A DNA stretch of 64,000 bases, taken from an uncultured Chloroflexia bacterium. GTDB lineage: Bacteria > Chloroflexota > Limnocylindria > Limnocylindrales > CSP1-4. This document shows, in pieces, positions 57,661 through 64,000 of this stretch. Each line of letters opens with the position of its first letter. The stretch's first letter is position 1. The stretch spans positions 1,880 through 65,879 of the forward strand of contig CAVYUR010000001.1 of assembly GCA_963771795.1 (NCBI GenBank), read 5' to 3'. The translations under genes and the position numbers were made by a program. Below the pieces are notes generated by a model. The model did not search any database and had not been told where the DNA came from. It saw only the letters and a list, made by a program, of their open reading frames with translations.

Positions 57661-58318
57661 CAGTCGCGACTCGGTCACCCGCACGGGTGAACATCACGTG
57701 CGTGACGCCGCTGGGCGCGGAGGTGGCCTCGATTTCGTAGTCCTTCTCGAGGCCCTCCAGCCCGTCCCACAGGCGTACGCCCCGGCCCAGCAGGATCGGA
57801 ACCACCGCGATGTGCATGTGGTCGACGAGCCGTGCAGCGAGGAACTCGCGGATCAAGGTGGCACCCCCGCCGAGACGTACATCCTGGCCGCCCGCAGCCT
57901 CGCGGGCGGTCTCGAGCGCCTCGGCCGGCGAAGCGTCGATGAAGTGGAAGGTCGTGCCGCCCTCCATCTCGATCGGCGGTCGCGGGTGATGGGTGATGAT
58001 GAAGGTCGGTGTGTGGAACGGCGGGTTGGCGCCCCACCAGCCTCTCCATTCCGGGTCCTCGTGCCAACCGGGCGGGCCGAACTTCCCGGCGCCCATGATC
58101 TCGGCGCCGATCCCCGGATCGTGCAGCCGCAGGAAGGCGTCGTCGATGCCGCCGCTGCCGCCGGGCTCGCCGACCTTCTGGCGCCACCACCGGGTGACGA
58201 ACATCCACTCGTGCAGCCGTTCGCCGGCGTGCCCGAACGGTTCCTCGAGGGTCAGGCCTTCGCCGGTGCCGAAACCATCGAGCGAGATCGAAAAGAATTG
58301 GACTAGCGCAAGTGACAT
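57641..58318 (-). CDS. Dihydrofolate-reductase-like (RibD C-terminal domain) family protein
   Basis: FFSISLDGFGTG...GGATLIREFLAARLVDHMHIAVVPILLGRG. Confidence 0.75.
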   Translation of the reverse strand: MSLALVQFFSISLDGFGTGEGLTLEEPFGHAGERLHEWMFVTRWWRQKVGEPGGSGGIDDAFLRLHDPGIGAEIMGAGKFGPPGWHEDPEWRGWWGANPPFHTPTFIITHHPRPPIEMEGGTTFHFIDASPAEALETAREAAGGQDVRLGGGATLIREFLAARLVDHMHIAVVPILLGRGVRLWDGLEGLEKDYEIEATSAPSGVTHVMFTRAGDRVATATRDPG

Positions 58319-58458
58319 TGGCGGTGCTCCTTTGGTAGTGGCGCGATGATGGCATTCCGGTCAACTGACCCCCGCCCTGGCTTGTGGCTATGCGACGCTG
58401 GGACTTCGTGTCAGACGCCCGGGTTCGTGGGAGACTCCCCGCAGGAGAGTGGTCAACG

Positions 58459-58908
58459 ATGAAACCAACATCAACGATCGTCGCCGTAACAGGCCACGAG
58501 AAGCCTCGCCAGCGGTTGTTGGAGCGAGCCGAATCCCTTGGCCGGGACACGCAGGCGACCGTGATCCTATTCGATCGTGATGCCGACCTGGGGCCCCTGA
58601 TGAGCCCGCTGCCGACAGCCTGGTCCGCAGAGGGCGAAGAGGAAGAGTTCGGTAATCGGCTCAGCCCCGTCGACCTGGAGACCGCCGGCCAGGCAGCCCT
58701 GGCCGACCAGGTTCGGGCTCTCCGTGCAGCTGGCATAGACGCGTTCGGTTGGCTTCCACCGAAGGCCGACGCGGAATCGTTGGCTGAGTACGCATCGAGC
58801 CAAGGCGCCGCCACGATCCTTGTCTCGGCCGAAGACGAGGACTTCGTGGATGGCTTGAAGTCAATGTCGGATGCGCCGACGCAGGTCGAGGTCGTACCGG
58901 CGGGCTAG
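58459..58908 (+). CDS. Hypothetical protein (acidic, possibly USP-like fold)
   Basis: ATG 58459 with GGAGAG upstream; coding-like codon usage; no motif recognised. Confidence 0.5.
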   Translation: MKPTSTIVAVTGHEKPRQRLLERAESLGRDTQATVILFDRDADLGPLMSPLPTAWSAEGEEEEFGNRLSPVDLETAGQAALADQVRALRAAGIDAFGWLPPKADAESLAEYASSQGAATILVSAEDEDFVDGLKSMSDAPTQVEVVPAG

Positions 58909-58955
58909 CCCAGGATTCTGTCTCGCTAGCTGGCCCAGAGGCGCCACTTCGTCCA

Positions 58956-59969
58956 TCACGGCTCCGTCGGATGGGCAAAGAGCATTCCGTAGACCGCGAT
59001 CGGGTCCTGCGTGTTGGCTCCCGGAAAGATTCCGGAGAGATCCGTGATCCAGGTGCAGACCGGGAATTCGTCGGCTTCAGGAATAGCGAAGGTGTAGTAG
59101 CCGCTCGAATCCGTCGTCACGGTCTCGCCGGCGCCGCCTTCGGCGCAGACGTTGTCTCGGCCGATCGTGACGACAACGCCACCGTATGGATCGCCCGTGT
59201 CTTCGTCGGTCACCTGCCCGGAGACCTCGAGTGGCTGTCCGACCTCGGCCGGCGATGGCTCGAACTCCATCGTGAGCAGCGGCGCGTGCGTCCCGATGAC
59301 GTCCAGCACGGGCGAGATGCCGGCAACGGCGGGATCCATGTTCAGCTCGTTGCCAGCCTGGTCGAACGCGACGAGGCAGGTCGCCTGCCAGCGACCGCTG
59401 TCGCCCGCGGTCAACCGGAACGACGCGACCCACTGGTTGGTGCCTGCGGTCCGGACCATCGTGCGGGCCAGCTCGTAACTGTGGGGGTCGAGCGGATCAC
59501 TGGCACCTGCTCTCTCGAGGCAGACCAGGGGCGTACGCGATCCGTCCATCTGCCCAAACTCGACGACGTCGCCGTCCAGGGTCGCGGTCAAGTTGATGTC
59601 GGCCGTCTCGAAGCCATTCAAGGTGACGGCGTTCGTCGAGAAGACGAGGTCAAGCAGGCTCGGCCGGCCGCCTCGGTCGGTCGCCGACGGTGATGGCGTC
59701 CCCGCACTTGTCGCCGGCGAGGTCGCCGCAGATGTTCCAGGGCCTTCGCCGAACCGCGGGGCGAGCATCTGTGCAACAAGGATCACGGCGACCGCTGCGG
59801 TGGCAACGGCGAGCGCCTGGCCGCCTCGGACGAGCGGCCGCCACCAGGGCATCGGCCCCGACGCGGGCAGGCCCGCGATCACCGCTTCGGCGAGATCGTC
59901 TGGGTTCGCAAGGCCGGCAGTCGCCCGTCGGTCGAGGTGCTCGCGCAGCGATCGATCGTCCAGGCTCAT
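58956..59969 (-). CDS. Putative anti-sigma factor: single-pass membrane protein with Ig-like/CarboxypepD_reg-like C-terminal domains
   Basis: 4-nt overlap with upstream ECF sigma gene; TM ALAVATAAVAVILVAQML; C-terminal VTTDSSGYYTF motif. Confidence 0.6.
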   Translation of the reverse strand: MSLDDRSLREHLDRRATAGLANPDDLAEAVIAGLPASGPMPWWRPLVRGGQALAVATAAVAVILVAQMLAPRFGEGPGTSAATSPATSAGTPSPSATDRGGRPSLLDLVFSTNAVTLNGFETADINLTATLDGDVVEFGQMDGSRTPLVCLERAGASDPLDPHSYELARTMVRTAGTNQWVASFRLTAGDSGRWQATCLVAFDQAGNELNMDPAVAGISPVLDVIGTHAPLLTMEFEPSPAEVGQPLEVSGQVTDEDTGDPYGGVVVTIGRDNVCAEGGAGETVTTDSSGYYTFAIPEADEFPVCTWITDLSGIFPGANTQDPIAVYGMLFAHPTEP

Positions 59970-60502
59970 CGAAGGCCCTCGCGCACGAGCGATCGATCGA
60001 GAGCCTCGCGCGCGGCGTGGAGCCGCGACTTGACCGTGCCCTCCGGCACGCCGAGTCGGGCGGCGACCTCGGCGAGCGGCAGCTCAGCGTGGTGATGTAG
60101 GACGAGGATCGACCGCTGCTCGACCGGGAGGCGATCGAAGGCCCGGTCGAACGCGTTGGACGAGACCGTCCGGCCCTCGAAGCCGGAGGTCCGTGTATCG
60201 GTCAGGTCCGCCTCGGACGCATCGGCCAGGTCCACGACCGTGCGGGAGCGCCGTCCGCGTAGTGCCATCCGGCAGGAGTTGAGCGTGATCCGGCCCAGCC
60301 AGGCATCGAATCGGTCAGGGTCGCGCAAGGATCCGATCTGGCGCCACGCGCTGATCAGGGTCTCCTGCGTCGCATCTTCGGCGTCGGCGTCGTTGCCGAG
60401 AATCGCCCGGGCGGTTCGGTACACGGTCTCCACCTTCCGGCGCACGATCTGCTCGTATGCCGCCCGATCGCCCCGGCGGGCCTGCTCGACGAGCTCGCGC
60501 AC
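59966..60502 (-). CDS. ECF RNA polymerase sigma factor
   Basis: Region 2 DAEDATQETLISAW; region 4 LPLAEVAARLGVPEGTVKSRLHAAR. Confidence 0.85.
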   Translation of the reverse strand: MRELVEQARRGDRAAYEQIVRRKVETVYRTARAILGNDADAEDATQETLISAWRQIGSLRDPDRFDAWLGRITLNSCRMALRGRRSRTVVDLADASEADLTDTRTSGFEGRTVSSNAFDRAFDRLPVEQRSILVLHHHAELPLAEVAARLGVPEGTVKSRLHAAREALDRSLVREGLR

Positions 60503-60647
60503 CGGCCCTCCATCCGCGTATTGCCTGGGCGTTCACCCTATTCGATGCAGTAAAGGTCTCGCCCGTTCGACCGATTTTCTGCGTGTCGCGCTCTTGTTGC
60601 CCTTGTGCGAGGCTTCGCACCACACGCCATTCGAGAGGGGGAGCGCC

Positions 60648-61381
60648 ATGGCTGAGATCATCCTCGTTCCGGGGTTCTGGCTCGGCGCCTGGGCATGGGA
60701 CGAAGTCGCCAAGGTGCTGCGTGCCGGCGGACACGACGTCACCGCGCTCACGCTCCCCGGGCTCGAATCGGCCGAGACGGACAGATCGGCGATCACCTTC
60801 TCCGATCACGTCGATGCGATCGTAGGTGCCGTCCGGGCCGCCGACGCCCCGGCCGTCCTCGTCGTCCACAGCGCCAGCGGCTTCTCCGGATATGCCGCAA
60901 GCGACCGTATCCCGGAGCGGATCGCCGCGATGGTCTATGTCGACACGGCGCCGGGGATCACCCGTTGGACCCGGACTTCAAGGATGCCGAGAAGCCGATG
61001 GTCTGGGAGGAAATCGAGGCCGAGGAGAACCTCGACGGGCTGAGCGAGGAGCAGAAGGAGACGCTCCGCCAGCGGGCCGTACCCGTCCCCGGCAGCCTCA
61101 TCCGCGATAGCTACGACCTGACCAACGAAGCGCGGCGCGACATCCCGAGCACCCTGATTTGCACTGGGTTCAGCGCCGAGCAATACCAGGCCTACGCGAA
61201 GGACCATCCGGACTGGGCATTCCTTGCCGGCATCCCAGAGCTCCGCAACACGACCTGGGTGGACTTGCCGACGAGCCATTGGCCGATGTGGTCGCGCCCC
61301 AGGGAGCTCGCCGCGATAATCTGCGACGTGGCGACGTCGCAGGCGGTCCTGGACCGGGCGGCATCTAGGACTGTCCGATGA
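60648..61381 (+). pseudogene. Alpha/beta hydrolase gene interrupted by a 1-nt frameshift
   Basis: MAEIILVPGFWLGAWAW...VVHSASG...MVYVDTAPG in frame of ORF 60156... DHPLDPDFKDAEKPMVWEE...LPTSHWPMWSRPRELA in frame of ORF 60695..61381. The switch is at the GGGG run 60953-60956. Confidence 0.75.
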
Positions 61382-62168
61382 AATCGAGGACGGCTTCGTT
61401 GAATCTGGCGGGGTCCTGGTAGCTCATGAAGTGGGTCACATCGGGGAGGACCCGAAGGCGGCTTTCCGGAATGCAGCTGGCGAGGACGTCGACGATCCGT
61501 CGCGAGTAGGGCATGCCGTGCTCCGCTCCGAGGGCAAGCGTCGGGGTCGTGATTGCACCGAGTTGCGCGCACGTCACGGGTTGCGGCGCCGGGGCCGCGG
61601 GTCTTGGCACGTCGAAGTTGTCGAGCCACATCCGACGGAGATCCTCGGGCTGGGCGTCGAACGTGCCCGGTCCCCGGTTGTTGACTAGCTCGAACCAGAG
61701 CTTGGCTCTGCGCTCCGCGTCGTCGCCCGCCTCGGCCCGAACGCGGTCGTTCTCGGCCCGCCACCAGGCCAGGGCGGCTTCGCCCTCTGGATCGCCATCC
61801 AGGAGCCACGGAACGTTGGGTTCGATGATCGTCAGACTGCGAACGAGGCTGGGTTCGCGCAGCGTTGCGCGAAGCGCGATCGCCGTGGAGAAGCCGACGA
61901 GGTGAACGGGGCCTGCCGCGAGTCGGTGCATGACGGCAACCAGGTCGGTCGTGTGCGCCTCGGCGGAGTCGTCGCCCGTCGCCGGCCACGGACCGGCTCC
62001 GTGGAACCGGCGGCTATGGGCAATGAACTTGTAGCGCGAGGCGAATGCTTCCCGCTGGGGTTCCCAATATCGGAGATCCGAGCTACCTCCGTGCGAGAAC
62101 ACAACTGGGACTCCGGTGCCCTGCTCCAGGTATTCGAGATCGACTCCGTTCACGCGAACGTGCGTCAC
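61365..62168 (-). CDS. Alpha/beta hydrolase
   Basis: VVFSHGG...; GFSTA nucleophile elbow variant; 4-nt overlap with upstream gene. Confidence 0.75.
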   Translation of the reverse strand: MTHVRVNGVDLEYLEQGTGVPVVFSHGGSSDLRYWEPQREAFASRYKFIAHSRRFHGAGPWPATGDDSAEAHTTDLVAVMHRLAAGPVHLVGFSTAIALRATLREPSLVRSLTIIEPNVPWLLDGDPEGEAALAWWRAENDRVRAEAGDDAERRAKLWFELVNNRGPGTFDAQPEDLRRMWLDNFDVPRPAAPAPQPVTCAQLGAITTPTLALGAEHGMPYSRRIVDVLASCIPESRLRVLPDVTHFMSYQDPARFNEAVLDFIGQS

Positions 62169-63781
62169 AAGTCAGTGGCTTTCGGATCGACGAGTCGATC
62201 CCCGAGGCGGCCTTCGTGGAGTGCCGCGACGACAGCGGCCGCCCGGGTCGACACGCCGAGCTTGTCGTAAATGTGCTCAACGTGGTGGCGGACCGTCTTC
62301 TCCGTGATCGTGAGCCGAGCGGCCACCTCACGCGTCGAAAAGCCGCTTGCCAGCAGCCCGAGCACCTCAACCTCGCGCTCCGACAGCCGCCGGCCTCCCA
62401 TCAGCCGCACCGGTTGCCCACTTGCCGTCGCGATCACGGCTTCGACGGCGCCTCCATCCAGCCGCCCCGCAGCCGCATCCTCTCGTAGCGCCGACGCGGC
62501 CCGTTGGGGCTCCAATGCCGGGCGATAGGACCGGGCGCTGGTGAGTGCCTGATAGGAATCGGCCGCGGCGAGCACCCGTGCCGACGGCGGGATGGAAGGT
62601 GCGCGTACGCCACGGTGGTATCCGGAGCCGTCGAGCCGTTCGTGATGCAAGCCCGCTGTGGCCGCATACGGCGCCAGTGCCGTAGAGCGCAGCAGGGTGC
62701 GCTCCGAGTGATACGCGTGGAGACGAACCACCTCCCACTCGGCCGACGCGAGCGCACGCGGCTTGTCCAGGATCGTGTTCGGGATGCTGACTCGGCCGAG
62801 GTCGTGGGCCAGTGCGGCACGACCAAGCACCTCGAGATCGGGAACAGGTAGCCCGAGTTGACGCCCGGCGGCGACTGCCAGCGCCGACACACGCCTCGAA
62901 TGGCCATGGAACGCCGGCGACTTGAGATCGGCCATGTCGGCGATCGCTTCGAACATGGCCGCATGGCTGGCGGCATCGAACTCGAGCCGACGGTCGGCCG
63001 GCTCGAGCGCAAGGGTCCGGTCCCACAGGTCGGGCTCCGTGAGGGCGGCGAGGACCGGCTCCTGGGCAGCCACGTCGAGAAACGCGTCAGCGAGCGCCGG
63101 CTCAAGTGCTCGGCCTGCCTGCGCGCGAACTGCCGCGACGGCGGCCTCCGCACCGGCACGGTCGAAGTGCGCGGTCGCGGTCTTGGCAACGTGGAAAACG
63201 CGGGCCGCGAGCGGGAGGTCCGTGCCGCCGAGACGACGAATTCCCTTGCCGTCCCATCGATCGAACAGGGCGAGCAGCCCGTCGCGGGCAACTGCCGGCA
63301 CGCCGACAGCAGATGCAAGCAGGTCACCCACTTCGCAGTGAGCACGGAGGCCGTCCCTGAAGGCTGCCTCACCCAGGGCGAGCGCGCGCACGAAGGCTAC
63401 CGGCCGGACGATCGCAGGCCCGCTCGAGCCTGCGTGCGTGATCGTGAATCGGAGCCCGGCGATCGGATCGTCGTCGTCGAGAACGGCTCCCGCCGTCTTG
63501 AGTGCGATCTCGTTTGCCCGATAGACCCGAGCAAGATCGTGGGCATCGGCCGTGCAGCCAATCCCATGGAGCAGCCCGACGTAGAAGACGTTGGATCGCT
63601 CGTCGGCCCCGAGCCCAAGCTTGGCAGCAAGCCGGCCCGCGAGATAGGTCACGCGGACGGCGTGCTCCAGGGCGAAGCCCATCCCGAGGTCGCCGACCAG
63701 AGAGAGCGCCGCGAGGGACTCGGCCAGACGCAGTTGCGATGGCGGCACGACGCGGAGTATGGGGCACCTGCCCGATGCCAC
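62165..63781 (-). CDS. HD-GYP-like domain protein fused to a C-terminal LuxR-type HTH
   Basis: HGHSRRV...AALAHDLGRV...HHERLDGSGYHRG (GYH rather than GYP). C-terminal LSEREVEVLGLLASGFSTREVAARLTITEKTVRHHVEHIYDKLGV. Confidence 0.75.
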   Translation of the reverse strand: MASGRCPILRVVPPSQLRLAESLAALSLVGDLGMGFALEHAVRVTYLAGRLAAKLGLGADERSNVFYVGLLHGIGCTADAHDLARVYRANEIALKTAGAVLDDDDPIAGLRFTITHAGSSGPAIVRPVAFVRALALGEAAFRDGLRAHCEVGDLLASAVGVPAVARDGLLALFDRWDGKGIRRLGGTDLPLAARVFHVAKTATAHFDRAGAEAAVAAVRAQAGRALEPALADAFLDVAAQEPVLAALTEPDLWDRTLALEPADRRLEFDAASHAAMFEAIADMADLKSPAFHGHSRRVSALAVAAGRQLGLPVPDLEVLGRAALAHDLGRVSIPNTILDKPRALASAEWEVVRLHAYHSERTLLRSTALAPYAATAGLHHERLDGSGYHRGVRAPSIPPSARVLAAADSYQALTSARSYRPALEPQRAASALREDAAAGRLDGGAVEAVIATASGQPVRLMGGRRLSEREVEVLGLLASGFSTREVAARLTITEKTVRHHVEHIYDKLGVSTRAAAVVAALHEGRLGDRLVDPKATDL

Positions 63782-63830
63782 CTACAGGTCGCGCCTCCCA
63801 GGCTTGGGAAAACGCAGGGAGGTACTCGAG

Positions 63831-64000
63831 ATGGCAAATGTCGAGTTCGAACACGTCACGGACGTTCCGGCGCAGGCCGTCCTTGCCGCGGCGACCGACT
63901 TCTCGGACCGGCGACCGATCTTCTGGCCGACGATCGACCCCACCGTCTACCGTGTCCACGAGGTGGGTGATACGTGGGCCGAGGTCACGGAGGGGAGCGC
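63831..64000 (+). CDS. SRPBCC-superfamily protein (5' partial, runs off the window)
   Basis: ATG 63831 with GGGAGG upstream. MANVEFEHVTDVPAQAVLAAATDFSDRRPIFWP... Confidence 0.55.
   Translation, partial: MANVEFEHVTDVPAQAVLAAATDFSDRRPIFWPTIDPTVYRVHEVGDTWAEVTEGS

Overview
High-GC (~70-75%) chromosomal segment that looks Actinomycetota-like: it has a PASTA Ser/Thr kinase, an MprA-MprB-PepD-like module, a LigC/Prim-PolC-like pair, an ECF41-type sigma factor, a DUF385/DDN reductase and a SARP regulator. I support about 65 protein genes, one tRNA and several regulatory or repeat elements. Gene content is mostly housekeeping, regulation and transport. It includes a folC-folP-folB operon, rplY/ctc, a Kef-type antiporter, a short UvrA paralogue, a translationally coupled rhamnoside uptake plus GH78 locus, two ABC efflux modules, and many VOC and alpha/beta-hydrolase genes. 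I saw no rRNA, CRISPR array, transposase, integrase or recognisable defence system.

Most notable observations:
1. A 3.9-kb low-GC islet is bounded by perfect 38-bp direct repeats that equal the 5' half of tRNA-Thr(CGU). It carries a secreted S1 protease and a lipoprotein but no integrase.
2. Six single-nucleotide frameshifts interrupt five otherwise well-conserved genes between 37.7 and 61 kb. Three further genes (folB, an ECF sigma factor, a histidine kinase) have conserved N-termini with no ATG/GTG/TTG start. These could be CTG starts or further indels.
3. A 165-bp element with 32-bp imperfect terminal inverted repeats sits directly after folB, where folK is usually found.
4. A 42-aa membrane peptide gene with a strong RBS lies below the ORF-track size cutoff and is divergent from a MocR regulator.

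All family assignments come from motif recognition by eye. No database search was run.
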